64,000 bases of DNA from Pseudomonadota bacterium (lineage in GTDB: Bacteria; Pseudomonadota; Gammaproteobacteria; Steroidobacterales; Steroidobacteraceae): positions 1,565 through 65,564 of the forward strand of contig CANGJP010000005.1 in the NCBI GenBank assembly GCA_947454465.1, given 5' to 3'. The notes beneath the pieces were generated by a model, which worked only from the letters and a program-made list of their open reading frames with translations, ran no database searches and had not been told where the DNA came from. Positions 11,601 to 23,031 of the stretch are shown here, piece by piece. Within the stretch, counting starts at the first letter, position 1; every line of letters starts with the position of its first letter. Both the position numbers and the translations under genes were made by a program.

Positions 11601-12198
11601 GGCTGCGATTGATGAATTCAAGGAGCAGTCTGAACGCAAAGAATACCTTGATCGCCAATACACCGATTTGACCGATGCGCTGGAAACGCTGGAGACGGCC
11701 ATGCGCAAGATCGAAAAAGAAACGCGCACGCGCTTCCAAGATACCTTCGACCGCGTCAATGCTGGACTGAAAGAACGCTTCCCACGCTTGTTCGGTGGTG
11801 GTCATGCGTATCTGGAATTGGCGGGGGAAGACGTGCTCAATGCTGGTGTGGCCATCATGGCCCGTCCACCTGGTAAGCGTAATAGCACCATCAATCAACT
11901 GTCCGGTGGTGAAAAAGCACTGACTGCGGTGGCGTTGGTGTTCTCAATCTTTGAATTGAACCCAGCCCCGTTCTGTCTGTTGGACGAAGTGGACGCACCG
12001 TTGGATGACAACAACAATATTCGCTTCTGCGAAACGGTTCGTGAAATGTCGAAGAACGTGCAGTTCATTATCATTACCCACAACAAGGTCACCATGGAAT
12101 TAGCGGATCAGTTGATGGGCGTGACCATGCATGAAGCGGGCGTCTCGCGTCTGGTGGCGGTGGATACCGATGAGGCGGTACGTTTGGCTGCGATGTAA
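8695..12198 (+). CDS. smc: chromosome partition protein SMC
   Basis: 1167 aa. Walker A GPNGCGKSN, long coiled coils with a central hinge, signature LSGGEKAL, Walker B LLDEVDAPLD. Confidence 0.96.
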   Translation: MRLNKIKLAGFKSFVDPTTVNFPSNLIGVVGPNGCGKSNIIDAVRWVMGEISAKNLRGESMSDVVFNGSASRKPVGTASVELVFDNSDGKLSGQYASFSEVSLKRVVSRDGQSAYFLNGARCRRKDITQLFLGTGLGARSYAIIEQGMISRVIEARPEELRGFIEEAAGISKYKELRRDTENRISHTKENLERLNDLREEVDKQLNRLQRQAATARRYQNLKGEERVYQAQLLAMKLRQIGEDLQVREHLLLQRDTAMQAVIAELRSHEAQLETGREELRTKSDELSVVQGRHYGLSADIGRVEQSIQHARELRQRQNTDLQQTERNYSELSEHSKRDTQQIQQLQDEVTQLEPLLEASRLRESAAAEALEHADLAMQAWQEDWNEFNVQARDASEKAQVERARIEQLENQLRRLTAQRERTLAEIDNLSIDEFAQRIETMLQQDMVGSERLEHLETQVQDVVGGVEQLRVRQRELVAASDVSHRELQQAQGRLVSLEALQKAALGQAQGKVADWLSVHSLGNRPRLAQQLQVSNGWDRAVETVLGAYLEAVCVDQLDDVAGVLTTLSAGTVSFLSQSQVSTSSASAELLLAHVKGPAGLTSLLHGVHVVTELADALAMRGRLQAGESVITRDGVWIGRDWLRVSRDQDAHAGVLAREQELRALRDSLQTLERTHAELQAETLQVRNALTDLEAQRDNVMQERNQLHRSNSELKAQLSGLQLRVEQSRERHVKLQSEAEELSIELARADEEISTARGRLQSAVDEMELHEQERQQLDQRRDALRSELSVARGRAHDERAEAQQHAISLESKRSALGSIIAGLDRIESQLLQLQERRELLQAQLLEGEMPLAQFDEQLAELLERRITLDEELTAAREAVETVEQAIRAMDEARMTTERRVEEARQQLDEVRMSLQENKVRLETLQEQFAATQFILEEVLSQLPPESTIAAWEAELAEISGKIERLGQVNLAAIDEFKEQSERKEYLDRQYTDLTDALETLETAMRKIEKETRTRFQDTFDRVNAGLKERFPRLFGGGHAYLELAGEDVLNAGVAIMARPPGKRNSTINQLSGGEKALTAVALVFSIFELNPAPFCLLDEVDAPLDDNNNIRFCETVREMSKNVQFIIITHNKVTMELADQLMGVTMHEAGVSRLVAVDTDEAVRLAAM

Positions 12199-12224
12199 CG
12201 CAGCAGGCGAAGTTGGAGTCGGTG

Positions 12225-13346
12225 ATGAATATCAGTAGCCAATTACGAATCATTCTGTTGCTGGCCGGTGTGGTGGTCTTTGTGGCCATTTACTTTTTTA
12301 GTCGGCGTCGAACTGCTGATACGCAGTCTCCGGCTGCGATTTGGGATGCGCCCAATGCCCACGCAGTAGAACAGCCGGTTTTTCCAACTGAATCCGAACC
12401 CGTGCTGGATGAGGATGAGTTCGAGGTGCCGGCCTATATTCGCAAACAAAATCAGGAAGGCCATTTCGAAAATTCAGATCGTCTTACTGCAGAAGAATTA
12501 CAAGCTATTCATCACTACCAGCCTCAACCCCTGCCTGATCATCTTCTGCATGACGACGAACCAGAAGTGGACGACGTGCAACCGGTCTTTACTGCTGTGG
12601 AGACCGAGCCCTTTGAAATGGATGAATTGCACATCGAGGTTCCCGTTGATGAGCCTGTGATTGATTCAATCCCAGATATCGAACCGGTTACGCTTAACCC
12701 TGAAGTGACTGTGACGCCGTCTGTTCCCCAGCAGGATGTGACGCCACCGGTTGTTCCGATGATCACCGAGCCGGTTGCTACTTATCCTAATGCGGTTGTT
12801 GAAGATGTCGTTCAGCCCACCACTGTGGCGCCCACGCTCTCCGAAAAAGTAACGCCTGCTGTGCAGCAGGCGTCCGTCAGCCCGCCGCCTCCCAAAAAAA
12901 GTGACAAGCCAGTAGGCCTGGTGTCGAGCCGTAAAATTATTGCATTACGCCTGGCCTTTCCAGAACGAGTGGTCGGTGTGCAATTGCTGGAGTTGCTCAA
13001 AAACGAACGCGTTGAGCACGGCAAGTTCAATATTTTTCATCGCTTGCATGACGGTGGCACGGTATTCAGTTTGGCCAGCATGGTTGAGCCGGGTACGTTC
13101 GATCCTGAATTGATGTCAGATCAACAATTTCCTGGCGTGACATTGTTTATGCTGCTGCCTGGTCCATTAGATGGGTTGATTGCATACGATCAAATGCTGT
13201 CTTTCGCGCAACGTTTGGCTCATGCCACCAATGGTCTACTGCAAGATGAGCGTGGTAGTAGGTTGACCGCGCAAATCATGGATCGCTTGCGCGATGAAGT
13301 GCTGGATTTTCAGCATCTCATGGGCGGCTTGGCTCGTTCCACTTAA
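12225..13346 (+). CDS. zipA: cell division protein ZipA
   Basis: N-terminal TM (LRIILLLAGVVVFVAIYFF), acidic/Pro-rich linker, conserved C-terminal FtsZ-binding domain (FSLASMVEPGTFDPE...PGVTLFM). I place the start at ATG 12225 (GGAG 6 nt upstream). The ORF-track TTG is at 12213. Confidence 0.88.
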   Translation: MNISSQLRIILLLAGVVVFVAIYFFSRRRTADTQSPAAIWDAPNAHAVEQPVFPTESEPVLDEDEFEVPAYIRKQNQEGHFENSDRLTAEELQAIHHYQPQPLPDHLLHDDEPEVDDVQPVFTAVETEPFEMDELHIEVPVDEPVIDSIPDIEPVTLNPEVTVTPSVPQQDVTPPVVPMITEPVATYPNAVVEDVVQPTTVAPTLSEKVTPAVQQASVSPPPPKKSDKPVGLVSSRKIIALRLAFPERVVGVQLLELLKNERVEHGKFNIFHRLHDGGTVFSLASMVEPGTFDPELMSDQQFPGVTLFMLLPGPLDGLIAYDQMLSFAQRLAHATNGLLQDERGSRLTAQIMDRLRDEVLDFQHLMGGLARST

Positions 13347-13350
13347 CTAA

Positions 13351-15456
<2,106 letters not shown>

Positions 15457-15538
15457 TCTTGATGTGGCGTCTCGCAGTCTGAACGTGCTGTTTGCTTTTC
15501 GTGCATGCTACAAAGGTGCGGCTAACTGAATTACAGAT

Positions 15539-17056
15539 ATGAATAAAACATTTTTATTGCGCTCATTCATTGTGTTCCTGGTAAGCGGCGGACTGGTATT
15601 GGCTGAAGATGCTGACCGGCCTGCCGACATTCAGCAGTTACGTGATGCCATTGCACAACAGCAATTGCAGCTAGATACACAACGGTTGCAGCTGGAAAGA
15701 CTGGAGGCCGAAAAGATCAGTACGCAGGATGCGCCCCGTGTCGGCATGATTTACGGACGTCCAACTATTTCGACTCCGGATGGTTTTTCTACGATGACGA
15801 TTCGTGCGTATATACAGGCTGATACCGCTCACTATGCTCAGAATGCAGCGGATGGACTGGCTGTGGATTTTCGCCGGGGTTCGGTGGGCACTACACCTAA
15901 CCGCGAAAACAACGGGGCACGTGACTTGAGTGATGGGGCGTACTTCCGTCGCGCCCGGTTTGGTGTGGAAGGCATCATCAACCGTGATTTCAATTATCGA
16001 CTGATGCTGGAACTCGGCGGCAGCGGCACTGAGGGGCCGACCCGTATTAACGATGCGTGGATTAACTATGTGGGTTTTGCTCCATTCACTATTCAGTTCG
16101 GTGCCGGTGCGCCACCTGCAAATATGGATGATGGCACTACGCCCGAGGACGGACTGTTCATTGAACGCGCTTCGCCAGCGGATTTGTCGCGAAGCCTGGG
16201 TGGTGCTGATGGTCGTACTGGGCTGGGCATTCGCGCCAGTGGCGCACGCTGGATGTCTGCATTAACCCTGACCGGGCGCACCGTAAATGATGCAGAAGTG
16301 TACGACTCGCAGAATGCTTGGGTTGCGCGTGTGACGGCGCTGGCCGCAACGTCCACTGACTACAATATTCATCTGGGCGCATCGGCAACCTATGTCGTTC
16401 ATCCTGCGGATGCAGGCGTGGACGCGACCGGTATCCGTTATGGTATCCGTTTCAGGAACCAGCCTGAATTGCGAGTCGATAGTACGCGGCTGATTGATAC
16501 CGGTGCCATTGATGCAGACCATGCCTATGCGACAGGCGCAGAGCTTGCTGCAAACTGGCGAGGAATCCTGTTTCAATCTGAATATTTCTGGTATGGCATA
16601 GACCGGCATTACAGCATATTGGCTGATCCGCGTTTCAATGGTTACTACCTGCAAGCCGGCTGGCTCCTCACCGGTGAAAGTCATCGTTACAACATGGCCA
16701 CGGGCGCTTATATGAATCCTCGGCCCTTTATTCCGTTTTCATCACAGAGCGGCTGGGGAGCATGGGAGCTGGCAGTGCGCTACAGTCATACGGATTTAAA
16801 CTATCACGAAGGTACGGCGGGTTTTGCAGCGCCAGCTGAAGGAGTGCGGGGCGGCGTTCAAAATATCTGGACGACAGGCGTTAACTGGTATGTGAATGCC
16901 AATCTCAAGCTGGTGTTCAATTATCTAAATGTGAATGTGGATCGTCTCAATCCATCAATCACTGCGTTTGGTGCGGCACCTGCTTCGCCGCCGGTTGGAG
17001 TGCAGATAGGACAGCACCTGAATGCATACGCATTGCGTATGCAATATGGACTGTAA
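15539..17056 (+). CDS. phosphate-selective porin O/P family outer-membrane protein
   Basis: Signal peptide, N-terminal coiled-coil (QQLRDAIAQQQLQLDTQRLQLERLEA), then long beta-rich region ending ...YALRMQYGL. Family assignment rests on overall resemblance only. Confidence 0.7.
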   Translation: MNKTFLLRSFIVFLVSGGLVLAEDADRPADIQQLRDAIAQQQLQLDTQRLQLERLEAEKISTQDAPRVGMIYGRPTISTPDGFSTMTIRAYIQADTAHYAQNAADGLAVDFRRGSVGTTPNRENNGARDLSDGAYFRRARFGVEGIINRDFNYRLMLELGGSGTEGPTRINDAWINYVGFAPFTIQFGAGAPPANMDDGTTPEDGLFIERASPADLSRSLGGADGRTGLGIRASGARWMSALTLTGRTVNDAEVYDSQNAWVARVTALAATSTDYNIHLGASATYVVHPADAGVDATGIRYGIRFRNQPELRVDSTRLIDTGAIDADHAYATGAELAANWRGILFQSEYFWYGIDRHYSILADPRFNGYYLQAGWLLTGESHRYNMATGAYMNPRPFIPFSSQSGWGAWELAVRYSHTDLNYHEGTAGFAAPAEGVRGGVQNIWTTGVNWYVNANLKLVFNYLNVNVDRLNPSITAFGAAPASPPVGVQIGQHLNAYALRMQYGL

Positions 17057-17177
17057 GTTACCTGTATTGGCCGTACTGTTTCACGGTTGTTTCAGCATGC
17101 ATGCGGGCGGATCGCATGCCAACCCCATGCCCGGTGAAATATCCGATGCTCAAACTGAGCACCGGATCTGTTACTGA

Positions 17178-17669
17178 TTAGCCGAGGTTTTCAGTCGCCG
17201 CCTGTCCGGCATGAAACTCGCTGTAGATGACAATGGGAATGCCGAGGTCACCGAGTTGTTCTTCAATCACGGGCAACACCGCTTCCCAGTCTAGGCCGCC
17301 GACGCCCGTAGCCAAACGGGGCAGCGCGATGGATTTGAAGGCTTCCTGCTTTGCAATCTTGGCCAGTGATTTCAGGCTGTCGCGCACGTGCTTGAGCGTG
17401 GCGCGTCCGGGATGAGTGGCGTGGCTATTACCGCCTTCCTGAGTTAGCAGATTCACCACACGCAGACCATGGTTGCTACCCCACATCCATGCTTCACCGG
17501 CCTGTGCATGGTATTGCGTACACCAGTGATGAAAATCTTTATGCATGGCGGGATATTTCTGATGCAACGATAGCGCCAGTCCCTGATTCATGGGGTCTTT
17601 GGGTGCTACGCCATGTGCAATGACCTGTGCCTTGCTGAGCAGGATGTCGCCGGAGACGTGCTGGATCAT
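17178..17669 (-). CDS. stand-alone macro domain protein (TARG1/OARD1-like ADP-ribose hydrolase family)
   Basis: 163 aa. GDILLSKAQVIAHGV..., ...SIALPRLATGVGGLDWEAV...IVIYS, collinear with the TARG1-type macrodomain layout as I recall it. Confidence 0.7.
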   Translation of the reverse strand: MIQHVSGDILLSKAQVIAHGVAPKDPMNQGLALSLHQKYPAMHKDFHHWCTQYHAQAGEAWMWGSNHGLRVVNLLTQEGGNSHATHPGRATLKHVRDSLKSLAKIAKQEAFKSIALPRLATGVGGLDWEAVLPVIEEQLGDLGIPIVIYSEFHAGQAATENLG

Positions 17670-17873
17670 GAATGCCTCGTGCAGATTGGATCAGTGAAAT
17701 GGTGTTGATCACTTTAATGCACAGTCAGGCTGAGTTGAGTGTAATCGGTGTCAGTACATCTACGCATGACACTGCGGTGATTCACAGGCTGTGCTCTATG
17801 GTTATATTTTTTTGGCACAGATGAAGTGACGGATGAAGAAGTCTTGTGGGTATTTATCAGTAAGAAGAAGCTA

Positions 17874-17908
17874 ATAAAAAAGGCACCGATCTTTCGACCG
17901 GTGCCTTA
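17874..17908 (-). terminator. rho-independent terminator downstream of the PPIase gene
   Basis: AAGGCACCG (17880-17888) / CGGTGCCTT (17899-17907). On the minus strand the stem is followed by a T run (plus-strand A run 17875-17881). Confidence 0.75.
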
Positions 17909-17929
17909 TTCATTAGCGGTAAAGCTAAA

Positions 17930-18853
17930 TTACTTCGCGGCTTCGCTTGAAGCAGCGCTGCTGGTGGCTTCGGCTACAGGTGCAGCAGGAGCGGCACCGG
18001 CTTCAGCGGCAGCAGATGAAGACGCTTCACTCTTTGGTGCAGGAGCAGGAGCCAAGGTGATCTTGGCGCTCTTACGTAGACCTGCGAGATAGGCTTCGAT
18101 CTTTTTGTTACGAACCAGTGATTCCACTTGGGTCTTTACATCTTCCAAAGCAGGCGGTGTAGGTGCGCGGCTTTCTTGCAGTTTGATGATGTGGAAACCG
18201 AACTGAGTTTTTACTGGGGTTTCAGACATCTTGCCGTTTTCCAATGCTTTTACGGCATTGCCGAATTCAGGCACCATGCTGGCAGGAGAGAACCAACCAA
18301 GGTCGCCGCCATTCTTGGCTGAACCTGGATCCTGTGAGTTCTTCTTGGCCAGTGCAGCAAAGTCACCGCCGGCTTTCAACTGAGCCAGCAGCTTATCGGC
18401 TTCTTCCTGTGTCTTCACCAAAATGTGGCTGGCGTGATACTCGCGCGGCATGGCAGCAACTTGAGTGTCGTATTCGGCCTTGATGTCTTCGTCTTTGATC
18501 TTGTTCTTTTCAAGATAGTCTTTGGTCATGGCTTCGCTGAGGATGTTGCTGCGCCATAGGCTGAGTTGAGCAGCCGATTCGCCTTGCTTGTCCAGACCGG
18601 CCTTTGCAGCTTCGGTGGCAGCGATGTGCATGCCCACCAAACGGTCGATCAATTGCGTGCGTTGTTCTGCAGTCAATTTGTCAGCGGTGGTGCTGCCATT
18701 GCTGACGGCGGCGACGAAAGCATCGAATTCCTTGGTGGAGATTTTTTCACCGTTTACGGTGGCCAGTAATTCTGAATCTTTTACATCGACGCTGCTTTTA
18801 GAGCAGCCAGTGGCGGCAAGAACAGCGAGCGCAAGTGCATAACGATATTTCAT
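17930..18853 (-). CDS. PpiC/parvulin-type peptidyl-prolyl cis-trans isomerase, secreted (possible lipoprotein)
   Basis: Parvulin core (YHASHILV...GGDLGWF...FGFHIIKL). I prefer the start at ATG 18853 (MKYRYALALAVLAATGCS signal peptide). The ORF-track start is 18913. Ala/Ser/Pro-rich C-terminal tail. Confidence 0.85.
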   Translation of the reverse strand: MKYRYALALAVLAATGCSKSSVDVKDSELLATVNGEKISTKEFDAFVAAVSNGSTTADKLTAEQRTQLIDRLVGMHIAATEAAKAGLDKQGESAAQLSLWRSNILSEAMTKDYLEKNKIKDEDIKAEYDTQVAAMPREYHASHILVKTQEEADKLLAQLKAGGDFAALAKKNSQDPGSAKNGGDLGWFSPASMVPEFGNAVKALENGKMSETPVKTQFGFHIIKLQESRAPTPPALEDVKTQVESLVRNKKIEAYLAGLRKSAKITLAPAPAPKSEASSSAAAEAGAAPAAPVAEATSSAASSEAAK

Positions 18854-18927
18854 GTTGGACCTTCTGTATTGTTGAGACAGTATGAGCAATTTATCGAAAA
18901 AGGCAGTTATCAATTGTAAATCGAATT

Positions 18928-19215
18928 TTATTCAGTGATGCCTTGAGCTTCAGCCGGCGTGTACGCGGTAATGCTCAGGGCATGAATGTCAGTTTGCATA
19001 AGATCGCCAAGGCTACGATACACCAGTTGGTGGCGTGCAATGGATCTCAAGCCATCGAATTCAGTACTGACGATCCGAACTCGGTAATGGCCGCGCCCTC
19101 CCTCAGCCCCCGCATGACCGGCATGCAAATGACTTTCATCGGTCAGTTCCATGCTGAGCGGTCTAAAGGCGGCAGCCAAACGCGCGCGGATCATGTCATA
19201 TCGTGGACTGGTCAT
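18928..19215 (-). CDS. BolA family protein
   Basis: 95 aa. ...MELTDESHLHAGHAG...HYRVRIVSTEFDG...RHQLVY..., typical BolA fold signature. Adjacent to yciB. Confidence 0.85.
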   Translation of the reverse strand: MTSPRYDMIRARLAAAFRPLSMELTDESHLHAGHAGAEGGRGHYRVRIVSTEFDGLRSIARHQLVYRSLGDLMQTDIHALSITAYTPAEAQGITE

Positions 19216-19228
19216 GGGTTAAGAGACG

Positions 19229-19795
19229 TTAACGTGTCTTGTCCGATGGTGGGGTGGAGTCATCGTCATTTTTCGGCATTTTGCTGGTCAGCCAAATGCC
19301 TTGTACCACCACAAAGGCGAGGGTTAGTCCTAGGGTGCCAAACATTTTGAAATTCACCCAAGTCGCTTCGTCAAAGTTGTACATGACATAGACGTTCAGT
19401 CCGCCCATAAACACGAAATACCAAATCCACATGCGGTTAAGCGTACGCCAGTGCTGTGAAGGTAGTGTGACTTGTTCCCCCATTAAGCGTTGCACCAGCG
19501 TTTGGCCACCAAAATAGGGCGCAACGGCGAAGGCCAGTGCAAACAGCCAGTCCAGCACGGTCATTTTCCACTGGATAAACACCTTGTCGTGAACCAGCAG
19601 AGTGACGCAGCCGAATACCAGTACCAATGCGGTGGAAATGAGCAACATCGGGCTGATCTTGCGCTTAAGGAACCAGACCCCAACGCACTGCAGCGGCATG
19701 GCAGCCATGATGACCGCGGTGGCTACGTATATACCCTTCAGTTTGTAGGCGATAAAAAAGGCCAGTACGGGTAGGAAGTCGAGCAGCAGTTGCAT
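19229..19795 (-). CDS. yciB: intracellular septation protein A (inner-membrane YciB)
   Basis: 188 aa starting MQLLLDFLPVLAFFIAYKL..., five predicted TM segments. Typical YciB N-terminus. Confidence 0.88.
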   Translation of the reverse strand: MQLLLDFLPVLAFFIAYKLKGIYVATAVIMAAMPLQCVGVWFLKRKISPMLLISTALVLVFGCVTLLVHDKVFIQWKMTVLDWLFALAFAVAPYFGGQTLVQRLMGEQVTLPSQHWRTLNRMWIWYFVFMGGLNVYVMYNFDEATWVNFKMFGTLGLTLAFVVVQGIWLTSKMPKNDDDSTPPSDKTR

Positions 19796-19929
19796 GGGTC
19801 GGTTAACGAGAGTCCATAAAGGGCGCGTATGATACGTGATCTGTCATGGCGCTGTGTCGAGTTGCGCAACTTCCCACCGAATCGTGATGTTTTGCACTTA
19901 AACCGGTCAGTGTCCACAAATTGAAGCCG

Positions 19930-20553
19930 ATGCCCAGTATCTACCTCGATATTCACCCGAAAAATCCCCAGTCGCGCTTGATTCAGCAGGCGGCAAACCT
20001 AGTTCGCGAGGGGGGAGTGATCGTGTATCCCACCGATTCCTGTTACGCGCTGGGGTGTCATATTGGCGATAAAGACGCGCTAGAGCGCATCAGTCGCATC
20101 CGTGCCACGGATAAACACCATCATTTCACCTTGGTGTGTCGCGATTTATCAGAAATTGCCACCTACGCTAGGGTCAGTAATCAGCATTATCGGTTGTTGA
20201 AAGCCTACACCCCGGGTGCCTATACCTTCATTTTACTGGCCACCCGCGAAACCCCGAAACGGCTGCAGCACGAGCGTCGTCGTACCATCGGTATTCGAAT
20301 TCCCGATCATCCCGTGGCCTTGGCGCTGCTGGCTGAACTAAATGAGCCGTTGTTGAGCACCACTTTGCTATTGCCTAACGATGAGCTGCCCATGACCGAC
20401 GCTCGGGACATCCAGGAACGCCTGAAGTATCAGGTGGATGCGGTGTTGGATGGCGGGAACTGTGGTTTTGAACCTACCACGGTGATCGACCTCGAAGGAC
20501 CGGCTCCGGTGGTGCTGCGGCGTGGGCGGGGCGACCCCAGTCCCTTTGAATAA
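19930..20553 (+). CDS. yciO: YrdC/Sua5-domain protein YciO
   Basis: Collinear with E. coli YciO (IHPKNPQSRLIQQAANLVREGGVIVYPTDSCYALGC...HHFTLVCRDLSE...PTTVIDL). ATG 19930 preferred over the ORF-track TTG at 19921. Confidence 0.9.
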   Translation: MPSIYLDIHPKNPQSRLIQQAANLVREGGVIVYPTDSCYALGCHIGDKDALERISRIRATDKHHHFTLVCRDLSEIATYARVSNQHYRLLKAYTPGAYTFILLATRETPKRLQHERRRTIGIRIPDHPVALALLAELNEPLLSTTLLLPNDELPMTDARDIQERLKYQVDAVLDGGNCGFEPTTVIDLEGPAPVVLRRGRGDPSPFE

Positions 20554-20694
20554 TTTCCCGATCAGGGTATCGGGGGTGTATTTCGTGCCGCGTCCGTCGG
20601 TGGCCTCCACTATAATCGGCGGTCTGATTTTCACTTTAACTTGTTTAAGGATGCGGTGACTGGGTTGAAACCCGTCCGCTGCAAAGGCTACGTT

Positions 20695-21906
20695 TTGAGT
20701 TCACCAAACGCCAACAACCGTATTTTGTCAGGCATGCGCCCTTCGGGTGAGCTGCATTTAGGCAATTATCACGGTGCATTGAAGAACTGGGTCGAGCTGC
20801 AATATCAGTACGAGTCCTATTTTTTCATTGCCGATATTCACGCGCTGACCACTGGGTATGAAAACACCACGCAGTTGGAGGCGCGCGTTTGGCAGATGGT
20901 GGTGGACTGGTTGGCGGCGGGCTTGAATCCGGCGGCGTGCACTATTTTTATTCAGTCGCGCGTTCCGGAGCATTCCGAGTTACAAGTGCTGTTGTCGATG
21001 ATCACGCCGCTGAGTTGGTTGGAACGCGTACCTACCTATAAAGATCAACAAGAGCAGTTGAAAGATAAAGATTTAGCGACTTACGGTTTTTTAGGCTATC
21101 CATTGCTGCAAAGCGCCGATATCCTCTTATATAAACCTCAGTTCGTCCCGGTGGGCGAAGATCAGGTGGCTCACGTTGAAATCACCCGTGAAGTGGCTCG
21201 TCGTTTTAACTTTGTGTTTGGTCGTGAAAACGACTTTGAAACCAAGGTGGATAAGGCGCTGAAAAATTTGGGCACCCGCGCCAAGGTGTATTTGGAATTG
21301 CGTAAGCAATATCAGGAACAGGGTAATGCTGAGTCGCTGGATAAGGCGCAAGCTTTGTTGGAAGACAACACCCGCCTGACTCTGGCTGATCGCGAGCGGT
21401 TGTTGGGTTATCTTGAAGGCACGGGCCGCAGTATCTTGATTGAGCCTCAAGCTTTGTTGACCTCCACGCCCAAAGTACCGGGGTTGGACGGACGTAAGAT
21501 GTCCAAGTCGTATGGCAATACCATTGGGTTACGTGAAGACCCTGACAACGTAGCGAAAAAGTTACGCACCATGCAAACCGATCCGGCGCGGGTGCGTCGT
21601 ACGGACCCTGGTAATCCCGAGGCCTGTCCGGTTTGGGATCTGCACAAGGTGTATTCCGATAACAACACCCTGCAATGGGTGCAGACCGGTTGTCGCTCTG
21701 CGGGCATCGGGTGTTTGGAATGTAAAAAGCCATTGATAGACAAAGTGGTAGCCGAAGTCAGTACCATTCGTGCACGCGCTCAAGAATATGAAGAAAATGC
21801 AGATCTGGTGCGCGGCATTATTGCCGAAGGCTGTGAAAAGGCGCGCGAAGTGGCGCGACAAACACTCGATGAAGTGCGTCAGGCTATCGGCATGAATTAT
21901 CGATGA
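20695..21906 (+). CDS. trpS: tryptophan--tRNA ligase
   Basis: SGMRPSGELHLGNYHGAL (HIGH region) and KMSKS. The ORF-track maximum starts at 20641. I favour TTG 20695 (AAAGG 7 nt upstream) from alignment with TrpS N-termini. Start is uncertain. Confidence 0.88.
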   Translation: MSSPNANNRILSGMRPSGELHLGNYHGALKNWVELQYQYESYFFIADIHALTTGYENTTQLEARVWQMVVDWLAAGLNPAACTIFIQSRVPEHSELQVLLSMITPLSWLERVPTYKDQQEQLKDKDLATYGFLGYPLLQSADILLYKPQFVPVGEDQVAHVEITREVARRFNFVFGRENDFETKVDKALKNLGTRAKVYLELRKQYQEQGNAESLDKAQALLEDNTRLTLADRERLLGYLEGTGRSILIEPQALLTSTPKVPGLDGRKMSKSYGNTIGLREDPDNVAKKLRTMQTDPARVRRTDPGNPEACPVWDLHKVYSDNNTLQWVQTGCRSAGIGCLECKKPLIDKVVAEVSTIRARAQEYEENADLVRGIIAEGCEKAREVARQTLDEVRQAIGMNYR

Positions 21907-22997
21907 ATACCGAGTTAACTACCGTGGCAGAAGTATTGAGCAATCCTGAAGCTGATCCGGCTGAAGTACCAGCTGCAGAAGCACAGTCTGCTGAAGTGGC
22001 GGCCGTGCCCCAGCCTCAGCAAGTGGAAATGCCATTCGCAATGGTGGATGGTGAGCCGTACACCGAAGTGCCGCGTGATTTGTATATTCCGCCTGATGCT
22101 TTGCAGGTGTTTCTTGAGGCCTTTGAGGGGCCGCTTGATTTTCTCTTGTACCTGATCCGTAAACAGAACATCGATATTTTGGATATCCCGATTGCTGAAA
22201 TCACCCGGCAATACATGGGCTATATCGATCTCATGGAAAACCTGCAGTTGGAGTTGGCAGGTGAATATTTGCTGATGGCGGCCATGCTGGCTGAAATTAA
22301 GTCTCGCATGCTGCTACCGAGGCCGAAGGTTGAAGACGGCAGTGAGGAAGAAGATCCCCGTGCGGAGCTGGTGCGGCGTCTGCAAGAGTACGAACGCTTT
22401 AAGAAAGCTGCGGATGATATCGATCGTTTGAAGCGTCTGGATCGTGATGTGGTAGTGGCCAGCGTTGAAGTGATCGAGCGCCGAGTGGTTCGTCAGCAGG
22501 CTGAAACCAGTCTGAGCGAAATGCTCAAGGCGTTTCGTGATGTGGTACAGCGTTCTGAGCATTTCAGGCACCACGCCGTTCAGCGTGAGCGGTTGTCGCA
22601 ACGGCAACGTATGACTGAAATTCTCGACATATTGGCACATTCTGAATTCGTCGAATTTATTCGGCTGTTTAAGCCTGAAGAAGGCCGCATGGGCGTCACC
22701 GTGACCTTTATCTCCATTCTTGAATTGATGAAGGAAGGGTTGCTCGACATCGTGCAGGCGGCACCGTATGCCCCCTTGCACGTTCGTAAGGCCGTTGCAC
22801 GGCGTGGTGATATTGATCTGAGTAATGATGCCACGGACACTGAGAATGAAGCAGCGTTGTCACAGCCAGAACTCGAAGATGAGAATGAACTTGATCCAGA
22901 GCCACAACTGAGTGATTTGCCTTCCGAAGAAGTAGTTGCGGAAGCGCCTGAGTTGGTAGCGCCTGAAACATCGACTGATGATGCATCAGTAAATTAA
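21903..22997 (+). CDS. scpA: segregation and condensation protein A (kleisin)
   Basis: FEGPLDFLLYLIRKQNIDILDIPIAEIT motif. ATGA overlap with the trpS stop. Acidic N- and C-terminal extensions. Confidence 0.92.
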   Translation: MNTELTTVAEVLSNPEADPAEVPAAEAQSAEVAAVPQPQQVEMPFAMVDGEPYTEVPRDLYIPPDALQVFLEAFEGPLDFLLYLIRKQNIDILDIPIAEITRQYMGYIDLMENLQLELAGEYLLMAAMLAEIKSRMLLPRPKVEDGSEEEDPRAELVRRLQEYERFKKAADDIDRLKRLDRDVVVASVEVIERRVVRQQAETSLSEMLKAFRDVVQRSEHFRHHAVQRERLSQRQRMTEILDILAHSEFVEFIRLFKPEEGRMGVTVTFISILELMKEGLLDIVQAAPYAPLHVRKAVARRGDIDLSNDATDTENEAALSQPELEDENELDPEPQLSDLPSEEVVAEAPELVAPETSTDDASVN

Positions 22998-23031
22998 CGC
23001 CACTTATAGTGAACTGTAGGAATACCCGCTG

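Noticed and set aside
15457-15538. Searched for a Pho box upstream of the porin O/P-family gene
   Set aside because: Only a loose CTGTTTGC... resemblance is present, with no tandem CTGTCAT-type repeats at 11-bp spacing. That is not enough to call.
20554-20640. TATAAT hexamer at 20611-20616 upstream of trpS
   Set aside because: The -10 is perfect, but I found no acceptable -35 at 16-18 nt and no extended -10 TG. Given the uncertain trpS start, I did not list it as a feature.
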